The notes under the pieces are model-generated. The model did not search any database. It had not been told where the DNA came from and worked only from the letters and a program-made list of their open reading frames with translations. A stretch of DNA of 64,000 nucleotides, from assembly GCF_009914755.1 (NCBI RefSeq), contig NC_060944.1; one strand, 5' to 3'. Numbering within the stretch: position 1 is the first letter of the stretch; the number at the start of each line of letters is the position of its first letter. This stretch comes from the human T2T-CHM13v2.0 reference genome, Homo sapiens. The position numbers and the translations under genes were made by a program. Positions 16,430 through 33,523 of the stretch are shown here, in pieces.

Positions 16430-17629
16430 TAGGAGGGGACATGGCAGGAGGGGAGAGGGCTGCGTGCAGGCTGAGGACTTGAGGAGGCTGGGGGTTGCTG
16501 CATTTTGATGCTTGGCCTTCAGCCCCTTGAATCCACTCCAGACCACTTCCTAGTGCCACTGCCATTGTCTATTTCTGAGTCGAGCTCCAATCCAGACTGG
16601 CAGTCCTGGATGCGGGGGGCCATCTCTTGCCCAAGTTTGCCAGATGAATGGACCGTGGGTGTTAGATGGGTCATTCTGTAGCCATGAGGAGATGGCACTA
16701 GGCAGGCTGGCACTGGCATCCAGGCAAGAGATGCTGGAGATGAGAGAGGGTGGGCATTTTGGAGAGAGAGTCACCAGCCTTCAATGAGCTGGCTGGAGAA
16801 GGCTCAGGGCTAAGGTCAGGGTCATGGGCCCCACCCTGGTGGGGCCCCAGGATTCTGTCTTATGCTTAGGGCTAGATGATATATCTGGCGTCTATTCAAA
16901 AGGGGTCCCTGCCAGGGCCTGACCTTCTGACACCCCTTTCCCCTCCAGAGCAGCCCAGCCTTCTCCTTTTGCCCGGGTCCCACCCACCTGCCCTTGCCAT
17001 GTGACCTTTGAGGCCTTCCCCAGGTTGAGTCTTTGCAGCCAGGGCTCCCACATTCCTGGCTATGCTGGTGTTGGCCAGCAGCCCTAGTTCCTTTGGGAAA
17101 GAGCGGACAGGAGGCTCCCATGGCGGGGACTGTATCCTTTCCTTCCCTCCCTTGCCCCAGGGGCTGCACTGGGATTAGGGTATCTTCCTCCCTGGCCATA
17201 TCACCACAGTCCCACCTCCAGTCACAGTCTCCCCTCCCCTCCCTCTCCCTCCCTCTCTCCATCCTCCTCCTGTTTCTCTGGCCTCATGAAGAGCCCCATC
17301 ATCCCCCAGCTGCCCACCATGGAGTGGGTGGTTGGTAGTGCCAGTTAGGTGGCAGTGCAGGTGCCTGAGCCAGGGTGAAGGCTGGAACCATGTTGGTGAG
17401 GATGGAAGGGACCAGCTGAAAGTATCCAGGCGATGAGGCCTTTTGACTTTTGAGGGGCTCCAGGATGACTACAGGTTTCTGGCATGGGGGGTCTCTTTTG
17501 CTGAGACAAGGACAGAGGGGTACACCAGTCTGGAGGGAAGCCACACTGAATTGGAGGTGCCTTCAGGTACCCCGGGGGAGAAGGCTGTCTGGAGGGCAGC
17601 AGGATATGCACACTGTTAAGGTGTCCCAT
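16430..17629 (-). pseudogene. Candidate decayed type II C-type lectin-like (KLRG2-like) gene, 2 exons
   Basis: Manual translation across frameshifts gives, in order: cytoplasmic N-terminus, hydrophobic segment, C(P)PNWHY, CxxxxASLP, VWIGARxxxxxWQW, LKSSACTQPSPLLPC. GT/AG sites at 17317-17316 and 16794-16793. Confidence 0.5.
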
Positions 17630-18408
17630 TTGTTGGCTGCCCCTTTGAAGCTGGGGGCAGGGCAGGGGGCCAGAGCATACTGTAGTGCAAGGTCAGAGGC
17701 CCACCCTACCCCACTGCTGTCCAGGGCTCCTGTTAGAGCCACAGGGAAGTCGCTGACTGGCTGTCCTTGTGACCCCTCCTCCCAGATAGCTGATGAAGGC
17801 ACTTGGTCAGAAGGCACGGCTGGCTGAGGCCACAGCCCCTCTGCTGCCCCGAGGCCATCCTTCCCTGTTCCACGGGCCTGGCACTTCCCAGGCGGCTGCC
17901 GCACCACTGACCACCCTTCCAGCTTTGGGTCCCTCGTGGGTTTTTCGTCCTTTCCCCCATCCCTAGCCTCTCTTCTCACCATCTCCTTCCCAGGGACCCT
18001 CCCTTTCTCCTCCCGCAAACCTCATTCTTCTCCTTTTCCCATAATCAGGAAGAGCTTTGATTGCCCATTATACCTGGAGCCCAAATTGTCAGCAGGAGAG
18101 AAACGGGTTTCCCCCACCTTGAGGGCCTGACCTTAGACACTCAAGTGTGCCAGCCAGGGCAGCATTCCTGGGAAGAGAGGGGAGACGTCTAGGTTCCAAC
18201 CAGACGAGAGTCACCCTCCCCAGAAGAATGGGCCAAATGACTCCTAATACAAGGGAAAATAGAGACAACCCCCCAAAAAAAGTTTTACAACAAAACCAGC
18301 TGAATGTTCAAAACCTGCCCCATCTCATTTCTTTGAAATTGGAGAGAATTTAACTCATCAGCAAAAATAAAGGCAATGGGAATGAAGAGATCTCCAAAGG
18401 AGTTTGTA

Positions 18409-18710
18409 GGCCGGGCACAGTGGCTCACGCCTGTAATCCCAGCACTATGGGAGGCCGAGGCAGTTGAATCATTTGAGGTCAGGAGTTTGAGACCAGCCTG
18501 GCCAACATGGTGAAAGCCTATCTCTACTAAAAATACAAAAATTAGCCAGGGATGGTGGTGCACACCTGTAATCCCAGCTACTCAGGAGGCTGAGGCAGGA
18601 GAATCGCTTGAACCTGGGAGGCGGAGGTTGCGGTGAGCTGAGATCTTTGCATTGCACCCTAGCCTGGGCAACAGAGTGAGACTCTGTCTCAAAAAACAAA
18701 CAAACAAGCA
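18409..18710 (+). mobile_element. AluS
   Basis: Full dimer; TSD aaaggagtttgt. Confidence 0.92.
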
Positions 18711-18819
18711 AAGGAGTTTGTGTGGTGTAAGAAGAAAACTGGGGACATTTAAGGCGAAAACTAAGGAAAATGATTCAGTGAAGGAGATCAGAAAGATGTG
18801 GTCAGAGGAGCTGGAGGAG

Positions 18820-18960
18820 GGGGGTGGAAGAGGAGGGGAGAGAGAGAGGGAGAAAGATGGCGGGATGGCGGGGGGAGACAGAGACACAGAGAGAGAGAGA
18901 GAGACACCAGCCAAGATAAGAGAGCAAGAGAGGGAGGAGTTTCCAAGAGACTCAGAGAAG
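18820..18960. repeat. GA-rich low complexity / (GA)n
   Basis: Purine-rich tract with gagagagaga runs. Confidence 0.75.
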
Positions 18961-19543
18961 CTATAGGTGAAGAGTTGGAGTTCACAACCCAGAGGGAAGG
19001 TGGTGGTGCCCTCTTCTTGGACCAAGTTGGGTGGAAGCAGGGTGGAGGTGAGGGAGTCATGGAGTGGAGGCAGTGACTGTGGGGAGGGGGCAGGAAGAAG
19101 TCGAAGGCAGCTGAAGGAGAATGAGTGAGTCCAGGGAAGGGTAGGGTGCTGAGCTGGAAGAGCTGAGATGTTTCTAGGCAAAGGGGAGGGAGCCAGAGAG
19201 AGGAAAGCAAGGCCCCTAGCAGGCAGGACCCAGGCTGGAGGGAAGAGGGGCAGGAGGAGGAGGAGGCGGCAGACAGGCTGGGAGGCAGAGTACCTGCAGG
19301 TGTGGCGGGGGCTGACGGGGTGGCAGGAAGCAGAAATGACCTCTGCTTATTGGTCTGAACGGGAAGTGAGGTTTTCTCCTGAGATCTGGAGAGAGGATGG
19401 AGGAATATTTAGATGAGGCTGAGGAGAAGTGAAGGTTTGAGGACAGGCTAGACCATAGCCTCTGCGGTGGCTGCAAGGCTCTGGTGACTGCCCCTTGGCC
19501 ACAGCCCCCCAGCAGTTTGAGGGTGGGGCCAAAACGTTGCCTA

Positions 19544-19973
<430 letters not shown>

Positions 19974-20410
19974 AATCAACAGAAACCTGGCAGGGGCTTC
20001 GGAATTGTAAAATGTGACTATTTGCTTTGTGGCAATGTAAAAAAAAATCACATTTTCACTGGAAAGAAGAACAAAGGAAGAAAACTGAATGTCTGGGAAC
20101 AAATTGATGCTGACATTTCTCTACCTTGCTGGTGTCCACCTGCCCACGTGCCTGGCTTGTTTATCGCTGTGCTTACAAATATTTCCTACTCTTTACTTCT
20201 TGACATCTTGACCAAGGTAACTGTGATGAGGTAAGACACAGTCTGTTGTCATTTTCCAGCAAGAACTCACCCAAGGAGTTAAGTGATGGCCCAGAGTTTT
20301 CCAGAATCACTATCACCTGGCACTACAATAGAGGCAGAGAGCGAATGATACTGTCCAAGACAGGTGTCTCTTACCGTGTGAAGATAAATGCTGGTTGATA
20401 TCGCCCATTA

Positions 20411-20700
20411 GGCCGGGTGTGGTGGCTCACGCCTGTAATCCTAGCACTTTGGGAGGCCGAGGCAGGTGGATCACCTGAGATCAGGAGTTTGAGACCTGCC
20501 TTGCCAACATGGTGAAACCCCGCCTCTACTAAAAATACAAAAATTAGTTGGGCGTGGTGGTGCACACCTGTAGTCCCAGCTACTCAGGAGGCTGAGGCAG
20601 GAGAATTGCTTAACCCGGGAGGCGGAGGTTGCAGTGAGCCGAGATTGCACCACTGCACTTCAGCCCAGGAGACAGAGCAAGACTCCATCTCAAAAAAAAA
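20411..20700 (+). mobile_element. AluS
   Basis: Full dimer with A tail. Confidence 0.92.
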
Positions 20701-20941
20701 TTATAGGAAAAGAAACCTTTTGATCAATGAAGATGAGTGGTGATCTTTGCAAAAGTGTACAGATTCTAAATGGAATGCTGGGGAAAATAAAAACTGATAC
20801 ATTACAGGGTTTTATATCTGTCAATGTATCCCCAGCTTTTAAAAAAGGAGTCATTGGACCCTAGTGTTAGGTCCACAGGGATTCAATATGTTATGGCTCC
20901 CCTTTTGTGTGGTGTGTGTTCAGAAGTTTCCATAATTGACC

Positions 20942-21098
20942 AGCCTGTAATCCCAGCACTTTGGGAGACTGAGGCAGACCGCTCACTTGAGGTCAGGAGT
21001 TCAAGACCAGCCTGGCCAACATGGTGAAAACCTCTCTCTATATATACATATACATACATATATATATGTAAAATATATATTATATATTATATATATAA
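20942..21098 (+). mobile_element. Alu left-arm fragment running into (TA)n
   Basis: cctgtaatcccagcactttggga...aacatggtgaaaacctctctcta followed by tatatacata repeats. Confidence 0.8.
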
Positions 21099-21099
21099 T

Positions 21100-22460
<1,361 letters not shown>

Positions 22461-23195
22461 TGATTTTTTAAAATGTGAGCTTATGGTTTTGTTTGCTTTT
22501 CCTGTTATGCAAGTTGTGGTTGGTCTCCTCTTGCAGTGCTGAGTGAATTGCAGGCTCTTCCTTCCTGGCCGCTGGATTCCCTTAGGTGCCAACTGTCTTT
22601 CTGCCTTCTTGCAGCCCTAATCATCTCCAAGGCTCAGATCCAGCTGACAAATTGGCTGCACCTCTCTGTATCCCAGGAGAGAGCGCTCTGCTCATTCTGC
22701 TGCTCTGCATCCCCGTCTCCCAGCCTCGGGGCAGGGAGGGATTCTGCAGGGCCTCCCAGGACCACCCAAAGCTGCTGGCTCTGCTCTCCTCTGTGCATCC
22801 CTGCGCCAAGTTCTCTCTTTGGAGCCTTGGAGATCCCATTCTCACCCAGGGCTCTCTCTGCTGCGGGTCCCTACTGTCTGCCCCAGAGGGAGACTAAGTC
22901 CTAAGCCAGAGCTATCAAGACAAAGGCCCTGTCCAACCGACCAGGCCTGGCTGCTGGCTGACCCAGGAGCTCTGCTGTGGGAGCCCATTGGATATTGGAA
23001 AGGAGGGCAGCAGGGCGGTCAGGCTGCCTTCACCCTGGAGGTTTAATTAAAGAGAAGTTCTTGGGTTTCATGATATTGAAGAGATGACTGGGATCAATCA
23101 AAAGTTTACTTATACTTGCAAAAGTATATCAGAAAAAAATAAAAAGCAAAATGGAATGGATTTGAATAAAATCAGTTTTTTTTAAAATTTACTAG

Positions 23196-24045
<850 letters not shown>

Positions 24046-24970
24046 AATTTCTTGAAAACACATTGGACTGGGCGTCACGGTCCATCTTCAGCTGCCGATG
24101 AAGAACTTTCAGATACCATTAGACCACAGGAAGTTGTAACAAATGACTCTTCAGCTCTTGCAGGTGAGCGAAGTATACAATTGCTATCACTGATTCCAAA
24201 TTTGATTTTATCTTTTGTTTTACTTTCTTTTAACCACATGATAAGTGTCCCAGGATTTTTTTCTAAAGAGCTTCAAAGTGAAACTGTAGACATTTTCTTT
24301 GCCTTTAAAAGCCAAAAAAGATCACCATCTGAGAGAAATTATGAGCCTTTCAAGGCCACCTGGGACAGAGTGGAGAAATGATGCCAAAAACCAATTCCTA
24401 AGGACTTCAAAGTTGAAAAATGTTTCCTTCAGAAGAAAAGAACTGCTGAGATAAAACAAATGATGGCAATTCCAATTATGCATTTTTCCTACTTTCTCAT
24501 AAGAAAAGTATTAAATTAATGTCTCTTATGAAGGATGGGTTCCTAGATTACATTTAAAGTTACAGTTTCATAGAAATAATCATATTGAAGTGAAGCAAAT
24601 TTCTGAGCAGTCCCATTCAGTTGAAATAAAATAATACACAGAAATAGTCAAACACGTGCAAAATGTGTGCAGCCTGGAAGCACTCTGAATCCCACAATTC
24701 AGAGTGTGTTTTATGAAACTCCAAAAGGATCACTTCTGCTACGATTGTATCAACTTAATTGATCTTGGCAGCCTGATGATTTGACACTGTCTTCACTACC
24801 CTGCTCCTTAGTCTCAGCGATTACAATAGCAGTGCAGAAAGCTCATTTTCTACTCTTAGTGACTTAGAAACCCGCTTCTGCTGCTCTGTCCAGTGACAGG
24901 CTCTGGCCCCAACAGCTGCAGAGTGAGACAAATCACATCGAATGTTTCCTGAGTCTTTCCTTTTCCACCC

Positions 24971-25623
<653 letters not shown>

Positions 25624-25629
25624 CACCCT

Positions 25630-25790
25630 GAATTCATTAGTTCATTCAGTCTTCAAGCAACCCTGCAGGAAGAAATCACTAGTCCCATTTGCTGTAGGAG
25701 GAAAGTGGGGGTCAGAGATGTTAAGTGACCTGCCCAAGGTTGCAAAGCAAGTAAGAGTCAAACCTAGCCTGATTCCCAAGCCGGTGTAAT
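25630..25790 (-). mobile_element. MIR
   Basis: cccatttgctgtaggaggaaagtgggggtcagagatgttaagtgacctgcccaaggt. Confidence 0.7.
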
Positions 25791-26283
25791 CACTGTGTTC
25801 AGTTTGCAGCCAAAGGGATGAAGATCTGAGGCTCCTGTGATATCATGGATCATCTATATTTGCTGAGATAAAAATGATGTGCTACTAATTTAATCTCATC
25901 TGTAAGAACTTTTCTTTCCCAGAGTTATGATGTCTTTTATCAGGATGGTTAGACATCCACGTATGGTTCCGAAGCTCCTGCTGAATAGGGCGGGCCATGG
26001 AATGTCTGGTTTGTTGCTGGGATGGCATAAAGGGCATACACTGAAGTGAAATGCTGACAAACCATTCCTCTGTTCTTAAAAAAATAAAAAATGTGCCTGG
26101 CTAAACAAACTGTGGAATATTAATATAATGGAATACTACTCAGCGATAAAAAGGAACAAGGTACTGATTCTTGTAGCAACATGGATGAATCCCAACAGTC
26201 TTACACTGGGCAAAATAAAAAGCCTGACACAAAAGGGCACAGAGCAAATGACTTTATATGAAATTCTAGAAAAGACAAACTTA

Positions 26284-26672
26284 GTGTATTATTGTGCTAG
26301 GGCTACCATGACAAAGTACCAAAGACGGGGTGGCTTAAACAGCAGAAATTTGTTTCCTCACAGTTCTGGAGGCCAGAAGCCTCTATCAAGGTGTTGGCAG
26401 GGGTGGTTTCTTCGTAGGCCCCTCTCCTTGGCTTGTAAATGGTAGTTTTCTCCCAGTGTTTCCACGTGGTTGTCCCTCTGTGTGTATCTGTGTCCTAATT
26501 TCCTCTTCTTATAAAGACACCAGGCATATTGGATTAGGTTCCACCCTAAGGATCTCATTTTAAGGTAATCACCTCTTTAAAGACCCAACCTCCAAATACA
26601 GTCACATTTTGCAGTACTAGGGATTAGGACTTTAACATATGGATTTTGGAAGAACACAATTAGCCCACAACA
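26284..26672 (-). mobile_element. MLT1B-like LTR
   Basis: gggtggcttaaacagcagaaatttgtttcctcacagttctggaggccagaag...ccaaatacagtcacatt...agcccacaaca. Confidence 0.85.
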
Positions 26673-26826
26673 CCTAGACTATGGTGAAAATAAGCAGAAT
26701 AGTGGTTGCCTCTGGGAGGAGTGTGGGTTAGGGATATACTAGGAAGTGGTTTGGGAGACTTTCTGGGGTTGATGGAAAATTGGATTTGGTGATAGGGTTT
26801 GGGTTATAAAAGTTATCTACATTTGT

Positions 26827-27127
<301 letters not shown>

Positions 27128-27412
27128 CTACATTTGTCAAACTCACTGGAATAAAACATGTAGTCCACATGGTACATGGAATAGTACAATTTATGCATTT
27201 AATTGTCTGTTAATTTTGCCTCAAAGAAAACCAGAAACAAATATTGAACTCTAGTTAATAATATGCATGCCTACTGTTAAGGGATAAAGTGTACTGCTGT
27301 CTGCAAATAGCTTTTGAATTGATGGCTGGGTCTACAGATGGATAGATATTTGAAAATGCACATATAGCAATCTACCAACAATTGCAGAATTTAGATGGTG
27401 GATTCCCTGTAC

Positions 27413-28082
27413 AATTATTATTATTATTATTATTATTATTATCATTATTATTATTATTATTATTGAGATGGAGTCTTGCTCTGTCGCCCAGGCTGGAGTG
27501 CAGTGGCGTGATCTAGGCTCACTACAGCCTCTGCCTCCCAGGTTCAAGGGATTCTTCTGCCTCAGGCTCCTGAGTAGCTAGAATTACAGGTTCCCACCAC
27601 CATGCCCGGCTAATTTTTGAATTTTTTTAGTAGAGACGGGGTTTTGCCATGCTGGCCAGGCTGGTCTCAAACTCCTGGCCTCAAGTGATCCACCTGCCTC
27701 GGCCTCCCAAAGTGTTGGGATTACAGGCTTGAGCCACTGCGCCCAGCCCTTTCTTTTCTTTTCTTTCTTTTTCTTTTTCTTTTCTCTTTTTTTTTTTTTA
27801 AGACAGGGTCTTGCTGTGTTGCCCAGACTGGGGGGTAGTGTTGTGATCTCAGCTCACTGCAACCTCCATCTCCTGGGCTCAAGCGATCCTCCCACCTCAG
27901 CCTCAAGAATAACTGGGACTATAGGCGTGTGCCACCACACCCAGCTCATTTTTGTATTGTTTTATAAGAGTTGGGTCTCACCATGTTGCAGAGGCTGGTC
28001 TTGAACTCCTGGACTCAAGCGATCGGCCTGCCTCAGCCTCCCAAAGTGCTGGGATTACAGGCATGAGCCACTGTGCCTGGCC
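27413..28082 (-). mobile_element. Tandem AluS (with (ATT)n tail) and AluJ
   Basis: Two dimers at 27413-27748 and 27750-28082. Confidence 0.88.
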
Positions 28083-29808
28083 TCATTGTATAATTCTTTC
28101 AACTTTTCTGTATGTTTGAAATTTTTCATCATAAAGTGTTGGGGGGGGGGATAAAATTTCCATTTGAAAATATTAGCTAGACATTTCTCATAAAATCTTT
28201 CTTCATTGCTAGATCAAGGTTGCCACGAGACTATGCCAAGTCAATTGTCCTTGTGTCCCCCACCAATATGCCCAGGAAGAAAGAGTAGGGAGACAATTCC
28301 GAAAGAGGCCTTGAGGGTGCTAGGGAGTTCTAGGGACTAGCTAAGGCGTTTGGGCTCTGTGTTTGAGGAAACTGAGGCTCAGGCTGTTTTGCGTTGCTGT
28401 TTAGAATCCAGGGAAGTCCAGGATGTTTTTTCTTAAGCCATGTTGGGGTGCTTAGGCTCAGTGGAGAAGCGGGGCATGGCCATATGAATGATATGCAGTT
28501 GGCAGCACATAGTAGGCACACAAGTGTTTGCTGAATGAATATTTACATGAAATTGGAAAGGAGCCTTCCAAAGATGGAGCCAGCAGGAGACAGTGAAGTT
28601 GCCTGTGCGGGCCGGGGGAGTCTGTCTCTGTCTCTGCCCCAGCCCACCTCTGGCCTGGCCTGAGTACCTTGAGAAGTGGGCCCAGGAGAGGCCCCTGGAT
28701 CCCTGGGTTCCTGGACAGCCAGGGTGAGGGCGCTTTGCCACATTCTTAGGAGAGAGCACATCCAAAACAATTTCTTTTTCTAAAAACTCAGTGCTAACGG
28801 ATTCCAGATGTCCGTTTGTTATATAATGGGGTTTGTTTTAATAGCGTCAACTTCCAGATGTGCAGCCTGGAATCAAGAAGCCCATTGGCCCCCTGAGGAC
28901 ACTGTGAGCCAAGCTGAGAGCTGCCCGGGGGAGAGACATGGACGTGCAGAACCAGGGATGGGAGAGGAGCCAGGGTGCCTTCTTGCTGCCCACTGGGCTG
29001 CTCACCTGCCCTGCAGCTGTCCCCAGACTGAAAGACAGGAAGGGTGTTCCCGCTTCCTTTTTTTTCAGTCCTGACTCTGAGCAGGGGCTCCCAGGGGACA
29101 ATCATAGACAGGCAGCTTGGGGAGGGTCTGCTTTGGAATCTGGTTCAAGCAGGCCTAGCTGGATGAGCCTGGAGAAGTCCTTGGCCTCCCTGTCTTTGAA
29201 TGGAAAATAGAATAACGCCATTCTACCCAGAGAGGTCATTGTGCAAAATGAAATGAAGTAAGCAGCACAGCACGGGGCTCAGAAAGCCTTGACTTTCCCT
29301 GAGTGGAGAGAACAGGGGCCCAAGTCACCGAGCATCCTCCCCTACTCCTCTCAGCAACACGGATGCCCCTGGGCAGCACGGGCTGCATTTTCCCTGGAAC
29401 ACTGGAAAAGAGCCAAGGTGGGGAGCTCACCACCTCCCCCAGTGGCTTGTTCCATGGCCCTGCAGCTCCAACGGATAGAACATTCTTCCGTTCACTGAGC
29501 CAAAGGCGGCCTCTGTGTGACCCCCAACTGGTCTGAGTTCTGCTCTCTGGAGCTCTGCTGAGCAGGCCACACCCTCTTTCACCTGATACCCTCGAGTATG
29601 GGAAGACAGAGACCGAGTCTCCCAACCCTTTTCCTAGTAGGCAGCTGCAGTTATGACATCAGATGGACGAAGATTAAGATGCTCTAAGGAGAGATGTTCA
29701 AAATCCCAAACAAGAAAAGTCTCAACGTCTGGGGGAATGATTCTGTGGTTCTCCCTGTGTAGATGTTAATAAAATCTGTATGCCTTCACTCCAATTCAAA
29801 GAGAAAAG

Positions 29809-30092
29809 GGCCAGGCTCACGCCTGTAATCCCCACAATGGGAGGCCGAGGAGGATCACTTGAGCCCAGGAGTTTGAGATCAGCCTGAGCAACATAGAGAG
29901 ACCTGTCTCTACTAAAAATAAAAAAATTAACCAGGGGTGGTGGCATGTGTCTGTGGTCCCAGCTAATTGGGAGGCTGAGGTGGCAGGATCACTTCAGCTC
30001 GGGAGGTCGAGGCTGCAGTAAGCCATGATTGTGCCACTGCACTCCACCCTGGATGAAAGAGCAAGACCTTGTCTCAAAAGGAAAAAAAGAAA
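29809..30092 (+). mobile_element. AluJ
   Basis: J motifs ggatcacttgagcccaggag and gaggctgcagtaagccatgattg. Confidence 0.88.
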
Positions 30093-30534
30093 AGTCACAA
30101 AATCTGAATGCAGTCACAGGGGTGAGGTGTCCACAAAGAGATAAAGTCATCATCTTCTCCAAATGAATCTATACACACAATGCCCTTCCAACAAATTTCC
30201 AATCAAATTGGTGGGGGTAGGGAGAGGGTGCAATATAAAGTTGAACGTTAAGTGTAGAATACTCACCATGTCTCCGCAGATGAAAAACATTAAAGCGGGA
30301 CTTACCCTCTCAGCTGTTAAAACACAGGTAACACTAAAATACATTGAACATTATGGTACTTGTGCCGGCGCAGCAGAGAGGGAAATGGCACAGAAAATGG
30401 AAACACGAGCAGTAGACCCATCTCCATATGAGAATGTGGAATGTGGCAAAGAAATGCATGTCACACTAAAGCAAATAGGAAATTTCAACAGTGGTTACCT
30501 TTGGGGAGAGGGACTTGGCGTGGGACAGTAGTGA

Positions 30535-30910
<376 letters not shown>

Positions 30911-30940
30911 ATATGTATTCTTTTTTTTAAAAAAAGCCAA

Positions 30941-31004
30941 CATATATATATACCTATATATACACACACGTATACATATATACACACATATACATATATA
31001 TGCA

Positions 31005-31044
<40 letters not shown>

Positions 31045-31120
31045 TTTTGAGACAGGGTCTCACTCTGTTGCCCAGGCTGGAGTGCAGTGGCGTGATCTCA
31101 GTTCACTGCAACCTCCTTCA
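30941..31120 (-). mobile_element. 5'-truncated Alu with (TA)n/(CA)n-expanded tail
   Basis: TSD aagccaacat at 30934-30943 and 31127-31136. Confidence 0.8.
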
Positions 31121-31439
31121 CCTGAGAAGCCAACATGTTTTTATGCCAAAATATGTTCCAGAGGTTTTGATCCCTTTTGGGTTTTCTCTTTTGAATATTT
31201 CTGCACTTAAGAGAAACCTAGTAAGTGTTATAACACGAATAATAATAGGATCTATAACAAATGATGAACAGTTATTGCCTCTACCTCAGGGAGGTAAAAG
31301 GGGAGGGCTTTTACTTCCTTAGCCATACATTTCCACACTTCTCATCCCCCTCCTGCTCGTTCCTCTTCTTTTTTCTGGATAGCATGTATAACTTTAAAAA
31401 TCGAGGAGAGGGGGGAATTGAAAATTTGAAAAAAAAAAA

Positions 31440-31800
31440 AAAAACAGGGCAGAAATGATGGATTACTTAAGATGTGGGACTGGACAACTGGCTAACAATT
31501 TGGAAAAAAGTTAGATTTCTACCTTAAATCTAAATATACTGCAGATGGCTTAAAGATTTAAATGCTAGAAGGTAAACCATAAAAGAATCCGAATACTTAC
31601 ACAATTTTAGGATAGGGGACAACTTCCTAAGAAGACATCATATGAACAGACTGATAGATTTCATGACATAATAATGGGAGGCTTCTTTCTAACAAAACAT
31701 AATAAAATAAGGTCAAACTGTGAAAAAAAAGACAAACAATATTTAACAGAGGATCAAGCATTTTAATATAGAAAAAGCTCTTACAAGAATTCCTGCCTCA
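31440..31800 (+). mobile_element. Ancient L1 ORF2 fragment
   Basis: acaactggctaacaatttggaaaaaagttagatt...ttaaagatttaaatgctagaaggtaaacc. Confidence 0.65.
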
Positions 31801-32079
31801 TAATTGTTTTCCCTAAGCCAAGAATGGGGGGGAATTTGACCACAGTGAAATCAGGGTTTCTAAGGGCAGGAGGAAGGTAGGAGGGGAGGGGCTGAACGGA
31901 GTTTTCAGGATGGGGGTGGACAGCTCAGGGGGACAGCTCCAGGGCCAGGGTTGGGTGACCTCCATGTGGCAGGGGTTCCCCACTCTCCCTGGCATTCACA
32001 GTCTTATCTGGTGCCAGTCACTTCCCCAGCCAGCCTGACCTCCCTGCCTGGGACATTTAACATTTTGCCATCTTCCTCA

Positions 32080-32430
32080 CACATCAGGCATTTCCCTGTT
32101 TCCATGACTTTTGCAAATGCTGGTCCTTCTGCTTGGCTCACTCTCTTTCATCTCTACCTGAAAAAAAATCCAACTGCTCCTTCAAGGCTCAGCTCAAATA
32201 TCCCCTGTTCTGCAAAACTGTCTTTAATCCATCTGCCCCCACTGCCCCCAAGGAACTCCCCTTGGGCTCCTATGGCAACTGCCCATCAGTCTATTCAGCA
32301 CTTACTATACAGCATTGTCATTTTCTGCTCACTGGCTCACTCTAGACAGGGAGCTCCAGGGACCCCTTTCCCCTTCTCCAGGTCCGGCAAAGAGCAAGTG
32401 CTCAATTAATATTTCATGAACAAATGCATC
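32080..32430 (+). mobile_element. L2 3' fragment
   Basis: ccttcaaggctcagctcaaatatcccc...gtgctcaattaatatttcatgaacaaatg. Confidence 0.65.
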
Positions 32431-32494
32431 GTACTGTGAGTGACAGAGCAGGGCAACTGAACTGACACTAGTTGAGCTTCAGGTTCAGTCCATT

Positions 32495-32790
32495 TCTTTT
32501 ATATTTTTTGAGACAGGGTCTTGCTCAGTCACTCAGACTGGAGTGCAGTGGCATGATCATGGCTCACTACAGCCTTGAACTCCCGGGCTCAAGCAATCTT
32601 ATCACCTCAGCCCCCTAAGTAGCTGAGACTACAGGTATGTGCCATTGTGCCCGGCTAATTTTTTATTTTTTGTAGAGATGGGGCCTTGCTATGTTATTAA
32701 GGCTGGTCTCAAGCTCCTGGCCTCAAGAGGTCCTCCTGCCTGAGCCTCCCAAAGTGCTGGGATTATAGGCATGAGCCATTGTGCATGACT
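32495..32790 (-). mobile_element. AluJ
   Basis: J-type dimer. Confidence 0.88.
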
Positions 32791-32942
32791 GATTTATTTC
32801 CTAAAACAGCATGCTTTTATTTAAAATAAGGGCAAGTTATTTAACTATGATGCAATTAAGAGAAATAATTATGTATAATTCAATTATGATGCAATAATTT
32901 ATCATAACTGCATCATAGTTAAAAGATGCCAAGTTACTGTAA

Positions 32943-33370
<428 letters not shown>

Positions 33371-33378
33371 CATTTTTA

Positions 33379-33523
33379 AAACATTTATAAACAAAAGAGG
33401 TTTAATTGACTCATAGTTCTGCATGACTGAGCAGGCCTTAGAATCATGGTGGAAGGCAAGGAGAAGCAAGGCACATCTTACATGAGGGCAGGAGGTGGCG
33501 GGGCAGAGAGAGAGAGCGCGCCT
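33379..33523 (-). mobile_element. MST/THE1 LTR 3' fragment ending at the LTR poly(A) site
   Basis: Minus strand reads ...gccttccaccatgatt...gagtcaATTAAAcctcttttgtttataaa followed by an A-rich stub; the U5 region is absent. Confidence 0.8.
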
